From positions 1-42,220 of IMG/VR virus record IMGVR_UViG_3300037424_002814: a stretch of DNA of 42,220 nt. One strand, 5' to 3'. The stretch's first letter is position 1, and each line of letters begins with the position of its first letter. This document shows, in pieces, positions 17,792 through 27,759 of this stretch. Under the pieces are notes generated by a model, which did not search any database, was not told the origin of the DNA, and saw only the letters and a program-made list of their open reading frames with translations. This DNA comes from a virus (Duplodnaviria; Caudoviricetes). A program made the position numbers and the translations under genes.

Positions 17792-18676
17792 TTACGCCAA
17801 CCAAGGAACTACCAATACATCCGCGGTGTTGAACCACGGGTTGCCCGCACCCGATGCCAGGGTCGGGACCTTGAGCAGCGCGTTGGCCGAGCCCTCCAGC
17901 GTGGGCGGTACCACAACCAGATCCGGCACGATGCCCAGGGGCTGTCCTTCGTCGTTCTTGAGGGACATCATGGCCGCGCGGGCAGCCGGGTAGTACGTGC
18001 TGTCGAGCGCCCGGTTGCTCCGGTAGGCGAGCTGCCACAGGCCGACGCCCACGTTCTTGCGGTCATCCACGCCGTAGCGGTATTTCTTCCGCATGAAGGC
18101 CTGCTCGTCATCCGGCTTATCCAGGGCCACAAACTGAGGGGCCTGGCGCATTTGCAGGATAAAGGGCTTGATGGGCCGTTTCGTGCAGAGCAGATACCAC
18201 ACGGGGCTTGCCCCACCGGTGTCGATGTTGGCGACGTTGCTGGCCCCGGCCACCGTGTGGTTGGCGGCGAAGAAATTTTTGCCGTCGTAGCACTTAACGG
18301 CATTCGCCGCGGCGAGCAAGGCAAAGATCAGCTCATCCGGGTGTTGTTTGGCTGCGAAGCCCAACCCCTGGACGATGGGGGTATAGACGCCGATCTGGTC
18401 GTCCGCAATGTCGTTGCGATCCACCTCCACCGTGGCCTCATAGTCTTTATTGACGAGCTCATAGTGGAAGGCCGCCAGGTCTTTGATGACCCTGTCGCCT
18501 ACCCACTCCCGCATCTTGGGGAAGGCCCCAAGCCACTTGTAATCCATCGATCTGCCTTCGGACGACATCCTCATGGCGATCCTGTCCCACATGGAAGGCG
18601 CGCCGTCGAATGCCTGGTTGAAGATCGTGCTGAAGGATCGGTAGATCCCTTCAAGATTTGTTTGATTGATGATCAT
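17792..18676 (-). CDS. Major capsid protein (Mu gpT-like)
   Basis: YKWLGAFPKMREWVGDR, YEATVEVDRNDIADDQIG, CYDGKNFF, KPFILQ, GLWQLAY; AGGAGG RBS favours start 18676. Confidence 0.95.
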   Translation of the reverse strand: MIINQTNLEGIYRSFSTIFNQAFDGAPSMWDRIAMRMSSEGRSMDYKWLGAFPKMREWVGDRVIKDLAAFHYELVNKDYEATVEVDRNDIADDQIGVYTPIVQGLGFAAKQHPDELIFALLAAANAVKCYDGKNFFAANHTVAGASNVANIDTGGASPVWYLLCTKRPIKPFILQMRQAPQFVALDKPDDEQAFMRKKYRYGVDDRKNVGVGLWQLAYRSNRALDSTYYPAARAAMMSLKNDEGQPLGIVPDLVVVPPTLEGSANALLKVPTLASGAGNPWFNTADVLVVPWLA

Positions 18677-18800
18677 CTTCATCCTCCTTTTTTCTACAAT
18701 TGTGATGACCCCACGAGGCCGTCTCGCCAAAAGCGGACGAGCCGAGTGCGGGTATATTTCCCCCCGCCCCTCCAACGAGAGGCGGGGGTTGCCGTTATCC

Positions 18801-19880
18801 CTAGCTCGTCAACAGCTTCTTCTGATACACGATGAACGCCCCGAACATGATCAGGTCGTCCGTGCCCAGGGTGCCTGCCTTCGGCTTGATGGTAATTTCC
18901 ATCAGGTTCGGGTAGGCGGCCAAATTCGCCAAGGCCAGGGCGCGGGTCACGTGCTGGATGGTCTTTGTCGAGGCGTTGATCATGGCGTCGGTATCGCCGC
19001 CGAAATCCGTATCGGCGTCATAGAGCGCCCCCACCACATTATTAAATACCTCGATGGTAAGTTTGGTGAGATCTCCTGCCGTCGCCCCTACTTTCGCCGT
19101 GATGGCGTGGAACGTCATATCGGCGGTGATATCCGCATCAGGCGGCACCAGCACCTTGGCCGCAACGGGTAACGGCGCGGCGTGGTTGTTCCACCGCACA
19201 CCCATGCCCTTGGCGGTTACACAGAAGCCGGGCACGTCCGAGGCGCCGTCGGCAAAGACTGCCAGGGCAACGCCGGCTGCGCTAAAATACGGCGTCGGGA
19301 TAGGGATAATCCCCTGCGCGGAAAGGATGTTCTGATAGATCTCGGCCAATGCAAGTTGGGTATTCGCCGGGATTGCAAGACCGCCGGCAGCTGCCGAGAT
19401 GGCGGAAGCTGCATGGGCCGCGCTGGAATCCGCGACGTGGGTGGCCACATCCGTCTGCAGAAGCGCCGGATAGATATCCACCCAGACCTGGGTAACGGAC
19501 TCGATCTCACAGATGACGCCGGCGTAGATCAAGTGGCTCACGCTTGCTGCCAGGGCCACGGTCTGGTCGTCCTTGACAAAGACCGACTTGCCCACGTCCT
19601 CCTGGGCGGCATCCGCCTCGTAATAGTCGAGAAGAAACCGCCCGCGCTGGCGCACCAGGATGCTCTCGGTGCCGGCCGCGGCGGCGACGTCCTTCTTGTA
19701 TTCGCGGGCGACGCCGACGAAGACCTTGTTGGCTGCGTCCGAGGCGTGCTCGGCGTAACGCGTGGTCCCGTCGAGGCAGACCAGGGATCCGGCGAAGATC
19801 TCCTTGCTCGCCCCCATCGGGATCGATTGCTCGACCCCCTCTTTGTACTGCATTGCCTTATCTGCTGCTAAATCAGCCAT
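18801..19880 (-). CDS. Capsid cement/decoration-like protein with C-terminal extension
   Basis: Between protease and capsid; IFAGSLVC...FVGVA...DVGKSVFVKDDQTV...GVI...VWVDI; extra ~220 aa. Confidence 0.65.
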   Translation of the reverse strand: MADLAADKAMQYKEGVEQSIPMGASKEIFAGSLVCLDGTTRYAEHASDAANKVFVGVAREYKKDVAAAAGTESILVRQRGRFLLDYYEADAAQEDVGKSVFVKDDQTVALAASVSHLIYAGVICEIESVTQVWVDIYPALLQTDVATHVADSSAAHAASAISAAAGGLAIPANTQLALAEIYQNILSAQGIIPIPTPYFSAAGVALAVFADGASDVPGFCVTAKGMGVRWNNHAAPLPVAAKVLVPPDADITADMTFHAITAKVGATAGDLTKLTIEVFNNVVGALYDADTDFGGDTDAMINASTKTIQHVTRALALANLAAYPNLMEITIKPKAGTLGTDDLIMFGAFIVYQKKLLTS

Positions 19881-19987
19881 ATTAAGTTCCTCTCTGCCAC
19901 ACCGATATGTGGCCTTCTAAAATAGTTGGCATCCCGCGACCGACAGGGAGCGTGGACAGTCCTTAGCGCCCTGTCGCTAACGCGACC

Positions 19988-21193
19988 TTATGCCGCTTTG
20001 GGTCCGAACTTCTCCCACGTCTCCTTCGAGATCCCCGTCATCTTGTTGATCTGCTGCTGGGTCTCGGTGAGGCCGGTCTCCGGCTTTGGCTTCTCGTCGC
20101 CCGTGATCCGCTGATCCACCGGCACGACCACCACGGCCTTGGAGATGTAGACCTCGAACCCCTTGGGGTCCCGCCGGGCGTACTCTTCCGCCCATTCCCT
20201 CTGCGCCGGGGTGATCTTGCCTTCCCTGACGGCCTTGGTCACCAGCTCCGTCTTGACGCGCTCGGCGCTCTCGGCCTCCAGGGCCGTCACCTTCTCGGCG
20301 AGCTTCGCATGCTCTCCTGCCCCCTGCTTGAGCGCCCGGATCGTGGCCACGACTTCACTCGTGCTCGCATCCTCTTTCAGTTCAAGGGCCCCGAAGACCT
20401 CGGCGGGCACCTTCGCCTCTGCCGCAGGTGGCCCTTGCGCCAGCGCCGTCATCTTGGCCTGGATGGCCTTGGTCACCGTCTCCTCGGTGGGCTCGCCCTC
20501 GACCTCGAGGAGCTTGCCCAGTTTCGTCAACAATTCTTTGCTCATAGCTTCATCCTCCCTTTCTTTAGCCGCTTCGCGGGAATTTGTGTTGGCTTTACTA
20601 ACCAACGGTTTTAATTGATTCGTTTGCGGCGTGTTGGTCAACGCCACCGAATTTATCTGCACCGGCCTGCGGTCGGCGATCCTCACGTCGAAGGCCGGAG
20701 AAAAATAGCGGTATTCCTTATTCGCAATGAGCTTGAGTGCCTGATCGGTCCACTCGCTCCTCACCCAGAGGCCGTCTGGCTGGGCTGCCAGTCCCTTGAT
20801 CCAGCCGGCTGCCGGCGCCTTCTCGGCGAAGATGGACGAGTGCTCGTAATCGATGACGAGGTCGTTCCCCCGGCGTTCGAAGTTGGCAATCACCTCCGCC
20901 ATTGCTTGATCGTCTATCAGGATCGGATCCGCCCCCTCGAGCTGCACCCAGCCCTTGGGCCAGAGCAGCCACCAGGTAGGGGCGCCCCCAGCCAGATCTC
21001 CGGCACAGACGAGCTTTGCAGTTTGTTGATCTTTTCCCTCCCACTGGCTATAACAGATCCCGGCCCGCTGTTCCTGATCGGGATATTCCCCGAGCATCGT
21101 TTCGTCTCCCATACAGCGGCTGATAAAATCGTCCTTGCTTTCGCCTGTTTTTGGTTTGGGTAAAGGCACGATCAACCTCGGCTTTTCCCCCAC
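19988..21193 (-). CDS. Prohead protease/scaffold (Mu gpI-like)
   Basis: LVIDYEHS, APAAGWI, EYRYFSPAF, VALTNTP, GKITPAQREWA; start may be GTG at 21169. Confidence 0.93.
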   Translation of the reverse strand: MGEKPRLIVPLPKPKTGESKDDFISRCMGDETMLGEYPDQEQRAGICYSQWEGKDQQTAKLVCAGDLAGGAPTWWLLWPKGWVQLEGADPILIDDQAMAEVIANFERRGNDLVIDYEHSSIFAEKAPAAGWIKGLAAQPDGLWVRSEWTDQALKLIANKEYRYFSPAFDVRIADRRPVQINSVALTNTPQTNQLKPLVSKANTNSREAAKEREDEAMSKELLTKLGKLLEVEGEPTEETVTKAIQAKMTALAQGPPAAEAKVPAEVFGALELKEDASTSEVVATIRALKQGAGEHAKLAEKVTALEAESAERVKTELVTKAVREGKITPAQREWAEEYARRDPKGFEVYISKAVVVVPVDQRITGDEKPKPETGLTETQQQINKMTGISKETWEKFGPKAA

Positions 21194-21233
21194 AGCATAG
21201 CTGTGGGATTAGATTTGCGGATTAATGATTCTT

Positions 21234-21923
21234 TCATGTTCGCCTCGCTTGCTCGGCTTCGAAACGAGCACGCAAATCGTCAGGATACTTAGACAGATCC
21301 GGCTCCCACTCCTGCTGCGCCAGCTCTCCGGGATCCCTGGGCTCGCCTGTCGGCGCCTCAGGCGTAAGGCCGAACTCATCGAGCTCGCTGTCGGAGAGCG
21401 TGCGCACCGAGCATTTGCAATTCCACCAATCCCCAAGCGACCCCTGATGGGGATACCAGACACCCCAGAAAGGATCATCCGCCCGGTAGACCTCGCCGTC
21501 GTGCGCCTCGTGGTCCGGACGGGGATTTGCCTGGCCCGGGGTATGGAGATATTGCCACCACGGCCGGCGATCGATGACGTCCGGATCCGTCTGCTGTTTC
21601 AGCCTGCCGGCGTTGTAGGCCCCCTGGACGTTAGTCTGAAAGATCATGTTTGCGCGCGAAGAATCCCAGCCCTGGGCCTCGATAATATCGGCGATGGCCT
21701 TTTTAAAATCCGCAAGCGTAATGCCGTTTTTAAGCGCGGATTCCACGGCGTCTTTCGTCGCCTCGATCATGTCCATGCGCGTCACCCCGGAGACGGTAAA
21801 GGCGCGGGTCCTGAGCTCATCGGCCAGGGCATAAAACTCCTCCGCAGTCATGGGGATCTTGCCCATCCAGTAATCGATAGCTTCAACAAAGGGCAGGGGC
21901 TCCAGTTTTATCTCACCGACCAT
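21234..21923 (-). CDS. Head morphogenesis protein (Mu gpF-like)
   Basis: AFTVSG, IFQTNVQGAYNAGR, PWWQY, RPDH, DDPFW, WNCKCSV; GGAG RBS at ATG 21923. Confidence 0.92.
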   Translation of the reverse strand: MVGEIKLEPLPFVEAIDYWMGKIPMTAEEFYALADELRTRAFTVSGVTRMDMIEATKDAVESALKNGITLADFKKAIADIIEAQGWDSSRANMIFQTNVQGAYNAGRLKQQTDPDVIDRRPWWQYLHTPGQANPRPDHEAHDGEVYRADDPFWGVWYPHQGSLGDWWNCKCSVRTLSDSELDEFGLTPEAPTGEPRDPGELAQQEWEPDLSKYPDDLRARFEAEQARRT

Positions 21924-21998
21924 CCGTATTCTCCAATTGGGGCGACCCCGCATTAGCGGGGTAAGCGAGATCTATGGGTAGTGTTCCGTTCGGCATTT

Positions 21999-22160
21999 TT
22001 AATACCACCAGCAATCATGGTAAAAACTATTGCGACATCGGGAGCAGGTCATGGTATAACCAAAACGATAATTCGTCTTATGTTTCCGATGGAATAGAAA
22101 ACATCGTGTCTGCTTAAACCAATTACCCGTTACATTCCCCCTGTACCACTTTTTTGCCAT
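21999..22160 (-). CDS. Small Cys/His protein inserted between portal and gpF
   Basis: MAKKWYRG...CFLFH...CSRC..., 53 aa, lower GC, GAGGGG RBS. Confidence 0.45.
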   Translation of the reverse strand: MAKKWYRGNVTGNWFKQTRCFLFHRKHKTNYRFGYTMTCSRCRNSFYHDCWWY

Positions 22161-22162
22161 AT

Positions 22163-22201
22163 CCCCCTCACCCTTGCCCTCTCCCCCCAGGGGAGAGGGG
22201 A
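22163..22201. repeat. CCCTCACCC..CCCTCTCCC-GGGAGAGGG palindromic element at portal 3' end
   Basis: ccccctcacccttgccctctcccccaggggagaggga; supplies the last codons and stop of the portal gene. Confidence 0.7.
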
Positions 22202-23736
22202 GTTGATGCCATGTAGCGACCATATAACTCGGCGGCAAACATGGAGCGAGCCACCAGATCTTCGAGCTGCGCAGGCTCCATCTCTGAGAAGACCGCGGTG
22301 AGTTTCGCCTGGATCTCCTCGTAACTCGAAGCCCCCTCGATGGCCTGTATGATGGGCCTTGAAAGACCCTTAATGGCCTCGGGCGCATATTTCAAAATAC
22401 TCGCAACCATCTTATCCAGGGCCTCCTGATCGGGTTTCGTGGATCGTGGTTTGGAAGAGGCCCGAAGTTTAGCAGCAAAAGGCACCGTTGCACCCGGCGT
22501 CGGGGTGAGAATCTGCTGGCCTTCTTCCGGCAGGGGCACTTTGAACCGCTCCGATACATGCTCGGCAGTGAGCGGATAGCCCATCTTGCCGAGACCGACG
22601 TAGACCTCGGCAACGGATTTCAAGTCCTCCGGAGGCTCGAAGGCGAACTTGAACCACGGCACCGGTGCGTCCCAGCCGTAGTTGAACCCGACAAATGGTC
22701 GCAGAATCTGTTGACGGATGGTCGAAGCCAGGGCTTCACAATCGCTTTCAATTAAATCTTGGCGCACCTCGCGGGCCTCATCCTCCGCCCCGAGTTTGCC
22801 CGGGGTAGAATCCGCCGAGCCGGTATGGCCGAGTACGGCCTTGCTCATCTCCCGGTTGCAGAATTCGATAAGGGCGGCATAGATATTGCTCCCGGTGCCC
22901 TTGCTCACCGACTCGACGAACTCGATCTCCGTAGCCGTGGAGATAATGCCGGCGGCATCCGTCCCGAGCGAGGAGATGGCGGCAAGCAGGGCCTCCCGAT
23001 CGTCCTTGCTCGCGCCGGGCGCGTATTTACCCAACCTCAGCGGCATACCGTAGACCTCGGCAAAGACCACGAGGTCCTTGATGCCGTAGTTTTTAAAGAG
23101 ATACATCCACGCGCAGGCGCGTAGGATCCCGGCGCGGGTGTCGTGGCCGGAGCGGGCCTTATAGCGGTAGATGACGAACTTAAAAGGCGGCATCTCCTCG
23201 CCGGGCCAGGGGTTGGCCTCCGTGCGGATCGTCGGGGTGAAGGAATAGAAATAATTGAGCAGCTTCTGATGCACCCAGGGGAGCCGCCTGATTATTGCCT
23301 TGCCGCCCACGATCTCCCACATAATCTCACAGCAGGCAATGCCCTTGCCGATGGCGTCGAGCAGATCGAGCAACGCATCGTCATAATTCTCGATGCCGGA
23401 GAGCATCTCATCGCAGGCCTCGGCGATCTCGATATCTTTCTTGTCTTCGGAAAAGGGATCGCAATCCCACTCCAGCCCGCGCACGGCATTCTTGCGGGTC
23501 TGCAGGATGGAAAAGAGATGGGCGTCCTTCTCCTCCATCTCCTCAAAAAGCTCGGACTGGCGCAGGATATCCCCGCCGTCGGCCTCGCGGAAGATGGCGC
23601 CCAGGCGCTCCGGGGTGAGCCCCTTGGATGGGTAGGAAGACCACCGGTCTCGGATCGTGGCCACGGCGATCTCACGCGGCTCCGGCTTCCTTGTGATGGT
23701 TACCTCTCTGCCGAATTGATCAACTAACGCGCTCAA
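22168..23736 (-). CDS. Portal protein (Mu gp29, DUF935)
   Basis: LVDQFGR, GLTPERL, ELFEEMEEKDAH, EVYGMPLRLGKY, SKAVLG; GGGAG RBS at TTG 23736. Confidence 0.95.
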   Translation of the reverse strand: MSALVDQFGREVTITRKPEPREIAVATIRDRWSSYPSKGLTPERLGAIFREADGGDILRQSELFEEMEEKDAHLFSILQTRKNAVRGLEWDCDPFSEDKKDIEIAEACDEMLSGIENYDDALLDLLDAIGKGIACCEIMWEIVGGKAIIRRLPWVHQKLLNYFYSFTPTIRTEANPWPGEEMPPFKFVIYRYKARSGHDTRAGILRACAWMYLFKNYGIKDLVVFAEVYGMPLRLGKYAPGASKDDREALLAAISSLGTDAAGIISTATEIEFVESVSKGTGSNIYAALIEFCNREMSKAVLGHTGSADSTPGKLGAEDEAREVRQDLIESDCEALASTIRQQILRPFVGFNYGWDAPVPWFKFAFEPPEDLKSVAEVYVGLGKMGYPLTAEHVSERFKVPLPEEGQQILTPTPGATVPFAAKLRASSKPRSTKPDQEALDKMVASILKYAPEAIKGLSRPIIQAIEGASSYEEIQAKLTAVFSEMEPAQLEDLVARSMFAAELYGRYMASTPLSPGGRGQG

Positions 23737-25256
23737 AATGCTCCCTTCGTTCCTGCGAACGGCCGCTTGCCGGCGGACTCGTATTCCGTCTTGCCCATGA
23801 TCGCCCCCTGCATCATCCCCGCTGCCCCCTCGAGGGCGTCCGGGCCGTCGTCGTTGACGTTTTGGTCCATGATATAGATGAGCTGTTCTACCAAAAGCGC
23901 CTGGTCCGAGTGGCCTTCCTGAAACCTGAGTTTGCCGAACTCGCAAAGAGGTGAGATCCGGTTGACGATCCTGGCGATCTTGTCCGTAGAATGAACGACC
24001 GGCTGAACATATATCCAGTTTTTCGCCACATGTTGGGCGTAGTTTTTATATGAATCGATCAAGAAATCCTCGAACATATTGGTCTCGCACCCGAGCGAGC
24101 AGTGGTATTCGTAGCAGATCTTCCAGGCCTCCTCCCACATAGCATTGATCGAGGCGTGGCGGATCCAGGCGTGCAACACCTCGATGGTGTCTTTGCTGCG
24201 CTCCCTGCCCACGCATACGATGGCCTTAAAATCATTTTGCTCGCCGCTCTTGCCCGATGGGTCGAGAAAGGCCTGGGTCAGCCACTGGCCCGGGATCAGG
24301 ATCTCGATGCGCGGGATATAAAGGATCCACTCCTCCTTGATCGGTGATTCCTCCGCGCCCACGCGATTGCGCATCTCGCGGTTAAACCGCACCGTCCCCA
24401 TCTGCCGGCGGCGCTGCTCGAGTCTTTCTTCGGGCCAGAGCGCCGGCCACAAGGGCGTCCCGTCCTCTCGATAACAATCATAGGCCCGGCTGACATAGAG
24501 AGGTTTTTTCTCCTCGTCCTTGGCATTAACGATTTGTGAGAGCACCGAGCGCGGGGCAAAGAGGTTACCCACCATGAGCAGGGAAAAATCCGTCGCCATC
24601 GATCCCAGCACTGCCTGCAGTATCCAGTCTAGGCCCTCCTTAACCAGGCGGGGGTTTTTGACGTTCTGATCGTTCTCAAAGTCATCGATGATGGCGCGGT
24701 CGGGCCGGTACTGGCGGTTCTTGAGCCCACGGACCTTCTCGCCCCTGCCGCGCGCAAGCACCCGCACCCCGTTGGCAACGGTGAAGTCATTGTCCCGCCA
24801 GGTTCGCCCCCTTTGGGGGCCGAAGTCATAGATAATGCGGGGGTTCTCCTCGAGTTCGATCTTGATCGGCAGGGTGAAGCCCTTGGCCTGGTCGTTGGTG
24901 TCGGAGATGATCAGATCAAAGTGTTTTAATTCAAAACAAATATCATGCAACGGCACCCCGAAGGTGAAGAAGGTGCTCTTGGCAGTCTCTCTGGGCGCCG
25001 CCACCCCTACCGGCACGCCGACCACATCGGCGAGCCCGGACCACTCCTGATGGAAGTCCTCGAATTCAAGATAGAAATAGTGCGGCAGGTAGGTCTTTAA
25101 AAAAAAGAGCCGGTCCGCCCGGGCCCGGGCCTTGCGCTCGGCCTGCTTCTGGGGCGTGTCATCCTCGAAAGGCGAGACGCTCTCCCGGATCCACAGCCGG
25201 AGATTCTCAGCATAACGATCGAACTGCCCTTCAGTGAGCTTCGGCCGCTTTCTCAT
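23733..25256 (-). CDS. Terminase large subunit (Mu gp28-like)
   Basis: AAPRETAKST Walker A, RPDRAIIDDFEND Walker B, FLDPS and DDGPDALE nuclease motifs. Confidence 0.95.
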   Translation of the reverse strand: MRKRPKLTEGQFDRYAENLRLWIRESVSPFEDDTPQKQAERKARARADRLFFLKTYLPHYFYLEFEDFHQEWSGLADVVGVPVGVAAPRETAKSTFFTFGVPLHDICFELKHFDLIISDTNDQAKGFTLPIKIELEENPRIIYDFGPQRGRTWRDNDFTVANGVRVLARGRGEKVRGLKNRQYRPDRAIIDDFENDQNVKNPRLVKEGLDWILQAVLGSMATDFSLLMVGNLFAPRSVLSQIVNAKDEEKKPLYVSRAYDCYREDGTPLWPALWPEERLEQRRRQMGTVRFNREMRNRVGAEESPIKEEWILYIPRIEILIPGQWLTQAFLDPSGKSGEQNDFKAIVCVGRERSKDTIEVLHAWIRHASINAMWEEAWKICYEYHCSLGCETNMFEDFLIDSYKNYAQHVAKNWIYVQPVVHSTDKIARIVNRISPLCEFGKLRFQEGHSDQALLVEQLIYIMDQNVNDDGPDALEGAAGMMQGAIMGKTEYESAGKRPFAGTKGAF

Positions 25257-25302
25257 TAATTCTCCGTGGATCTCTGTGATCTTCGGTGGTAATCCAGTTT
25301 TT

Positions 25303-25803
25303 TCATTTCTCCTCTGCGGTTTTAAATGCCTCGATCAAAGGATCGAAGTTTTTATCAATCACCGCCACGCCTGCGGGATCGATCTCTGCGAGTCTCTCCA
25401 CGATAAAGCGCAAATCATCCAGAAAGATCGCGGCCCGGTCGGGCTCCCGGCGGCCCGAGATCTGCCCCTCGATTAAAGAATCGAGCTGGCGGTAGGCCGA
25501 GAGAAGCTGGTGCACAGTGCTGGGGTTGATCTCCGCTTCGAGCTTGTCGAGAATGGTGGAGCGCGCCTTGATGAGCCTTGTCAAACTCTTGGATTTGCTC
25601 GTCAGATATTCCGCGCGCTGCCCTTTCCAGTTCTCTTTCTTGCCCCAGCGCTTGAGCTGGCCCGTGGAGACGCCCGTTGTAGCGGCGATCTCCTCATACG
25701 TCTGCCCGCGGTAGACATAACTTTGCATGGCTATGTCACGCACGCCAAAATCGTATTCGCGTTTTTCCCCCACCGCCCGCTTTTTACGATCCGGATTCTT
25801 CAA
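25303..25803 (-). CDS. Terminase small subunit-like (Mu gp27-like) HTH protein
   Basis: YVYRGQTYEEIAATTGVSTGQLKRW...W; precedes terminase. Confidence 0.8.
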   Translation of the reverse strand: MKNPDRKKRAVGEKREYDFGVRDIAMQSYVYRGQTYEEIAATTGVSTGQLKRWGKKENWKGQRAEYLTSKSKSLTRLIKARSTILDKLEAEINPSTVHQLLSAYRQLDSLIEGQISGRREPDRAAIFLDDLRFIVERLAEIDPAGVAVIDKNFDPLIEAFKTAEEK

Positions 25804-25885
25804 GTTCTCCCTCCCCTTGATGTAAAAAAATCAAAAAGAAGGGACCCCGCGAGTCCGCCAGCTTTGCTGGCGAGGCGAGTGCGGG

Positions 25886-26134
25886 TCATTCTAATTCTTC
25901 CTCCAGCCTGGCGATGTTCTTGATTGTGGCGCGCACCACCCGTTGCTTGGCATAGAGGTCGTTGAAGATATCGCGGGCGCGGTCGAGATTGAGGTCCTCC
26001 ACCTCGCACAGGACCGGGGGTCTCAGCTCCACCCGCAAAGCATTCAGGAGGCCTTCGGCCTCGATCCTGACCCGCTTGAGATCGTACCGTTCCTGGGTCA
26101 GCTTCATCCGCATCTGGGCTCGTTCAATGCTCAT
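25886..26134 (-). CDS. Coiled-coil protein (Mu gp26 position)
   Basis: MSIERAQM... helical, AAGGAG RBS. Confidence 0.65.
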   Translation of the reverse strand: MSIERAQMRMKLTQERYDLKRVRIEAEGLLNALRVELRPPVLCEVEDLNLDRARDIFNDLYAKQRVVRATIKNIARLEEELE

Positions 26135-26144
26135 GTCTTGCTCC

Positions 26145-26600
26145 TTAGCCGCCGGCGCTGCCAACCCTGCCGCGTGCTTTTTTAACCTCTTTCAGCCGCA
26201 CCATCGGGCAAAATTGATTCGTCTCGATGGCATCCCCGACCTTTGTCATCGCCTGGGTGGTGAGCATCATGACATCCTTGAGATCTCCGGCAATTTGAGC
26301 ATATCCCTTGCCGAGTTCCTGCGTCTTTTTAATCAGGGAGGCGCTCTTGATCATATCCTTCTTGTATTTGTCGATCATTTTATCCATCTGCTTGCGATCA
26401 AAATACCAGATCACAAAGATCATGCCGGGGAGTCCCAGGATGCGGATGAGCTCGATCGCTATCCCCAGGGGGCCGAGCTGCCTGAGAAACTCGGAAAAGG
26501 GCTCGGCTGCCTGCGCGTAGACACGCGCGGCTATGAACAAAAGAATGACGACGACAATGGCAATGGAGGAACCCTTCCGGGGATTTAAATTATTTTCCAC
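26145..26600 (-). CDS. Membrane protein, lysis region
   Basis: Two hydrophobic segments, coiled coil, NQFCPMVR C-terminus. Confidence 0.6.
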   Translation of the reverse strand: MENNLNPRKGSSIAIVVVILLFIAARVYAQAAEPFSEFLRQLGPLGIAIELIRILGLPGMIFVIWYFDRKQMDKMIDKYKKDMIKSASLIKKTQELGKGYAQIAGDLKDVMMLTTQAMTKVGDAIETNQFCPMVRLKEVKKARGRVGSAGG

Positions 26601-27090
26601 TGTAAATCCCCAATGTAATGCCGACAATGACGGCAAGAACGGCAAGGACATTCTTTAAAAATCCCCACCGGCGCTGGCTCTCGATCTCCTTGCGGTATTG
26701 CTCGTTGCTCTTTGCCATGAGATCATTGGATTCCCTGAGTAACCCGCGCTGCTCCTCATAGGCCGCGATGAGCTGGCCGTTGATCTGCTCTTTGACATTA
26801 CAGCTGCGCCCCTCGGTAATTTCCACGAGGAGCCTTTTGGCCGATTCCTTATCGAAGATGATCCCGTCGAAAGGAGCGATCTGCCCCTTCTTTAAGGGTT
26901 GCTGGACAAAGGGTTTCTTTTCCTCGACGACAACCCTGACCGGCGGCGCATAGGTGGAAAGCGACAAATCGGGTCTGGTTACCCCGATCTCTTCCTTCGG
27001 CATCAGATACGCGCAACCCGAGAATAGAAAGGCCGCCAGGGTGATGACAGCAATGAGTTTAAAGCTTGGAGAACGCATCAGAAATCTCAT
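26590..27090 (-). CDS. Lipoprotein, spanin-like, with C-terminal TM helix
   Basis: Lipobox LFSGC, GQIAPFDGII, coiled coil, C-terminal VLAVLAVIVGITLGIY. Confidence 0.7.
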   Translation of the reverse strand: MRFLMRSPSFKLIAVITLAAFLFSGCAYLMPKEEIGVTRPDLSLSTYAPPVRVVVEEKKPFVQQPLKKGQIAPFDGIIFDKESAKRLLVEITEGRSCNVKEQINGQLIAAYEEQRGLLRESNDLMAKSNEQYRKEIESQRRWGFLKNVLAVLAVIVGITLGIYSGK

Positions 27091-27334
27091 CGAGATCCTC
27101 CATCTGTTTGATCCGCTCAACCTCTTTCTTGGTGTCCGCGTCCAGCTTTCCCTTCTCCGCCTTGAGCCGCGCGATCTCGGCATCGATCAAATCCGCCTTC
27201 TCCCGCAGCGCCTTGGCCTTGAGCGCCGTCGCGTCGGCCTCGCCCGTTTTGGATTTGCCGCCGAGGAAGATAAAGGCGAGAATCGCCCCCGCCAGCGCCG
27301 CAATTGCCAATGCCCATTTTTTTAACGTTTCCAA
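27059..27334 (-). CDS. i-spanin-like protein
   Basis: N-terminal TM plus coiled coil; overlaps lipoprotein start. Confidence 0.6.
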   Translation of the reverse strand: METLKKWALAIAALAGAILAFIFLGGKSKTGEADATALKAKALREKADLIDAEIARLKAEKGKLDADTKKEVERIKQMEDLDEISDAFSKL

Positions 27335-27336
27335 AA

Positions 27337-27666
27337 TTATTCCTCCGTGAGGCTCCGTGGTGAAGGCTCCGGCTTCTGCCCTCGTGCCCTGTTGAAGATT
27401 TTAGTGACTGCCGCCTGGACAGTGGGATTCTGGGCAACCCTGGCGCCGAAAAAGATGGTGAGTTGCCCAAGATAGAGCGCCACCACGTGGCCACCTATTT
27501 TATTGAAACCTTCCCCTGCTCTGTCAAACAGAATGGCAAGGGGTATTATGACAAAAAAGAGCCACACCGTGATGACGGTGCCCGTAAACCAGCCTTGCAG
27601 CTGCCCGTCTTTGACTATTTGTAAAGGCATATCTCCCACCATCTTCTTTCTGTCGCCTTGCGACAT
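27337..27666 (-). CDS. Holin-like membrane protein
   Basis: Two TM segments, charged tail, lysis cassette position. Confidence 0.55.
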   Translation of the reverse strand: MSQGDRKKMVGDMPLQIVKDGQLQGWFTGTVITVWLFFVIIPLAILFDRAGEGFNKIGGHVVALYLGQLTIFFGARVAQNPTVQAAVTKIFNRARGQKPEPSPRSLTEE

Positions 27667-27759
27667 CCCCGCCTTAAAATTATTTAAAAGGTAGGGGATA
27701 CCATCGTGGTGACCCCGCCCCTACCGGAATGGCGGGGCGGGGATCCCCTTAGATTTAAT

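Noticed and set aside
21170-21233. Mu-type strong gyrase site near the genome centre
   Set aside because: Position fits, but only a short hairpin is visible; no sequence support
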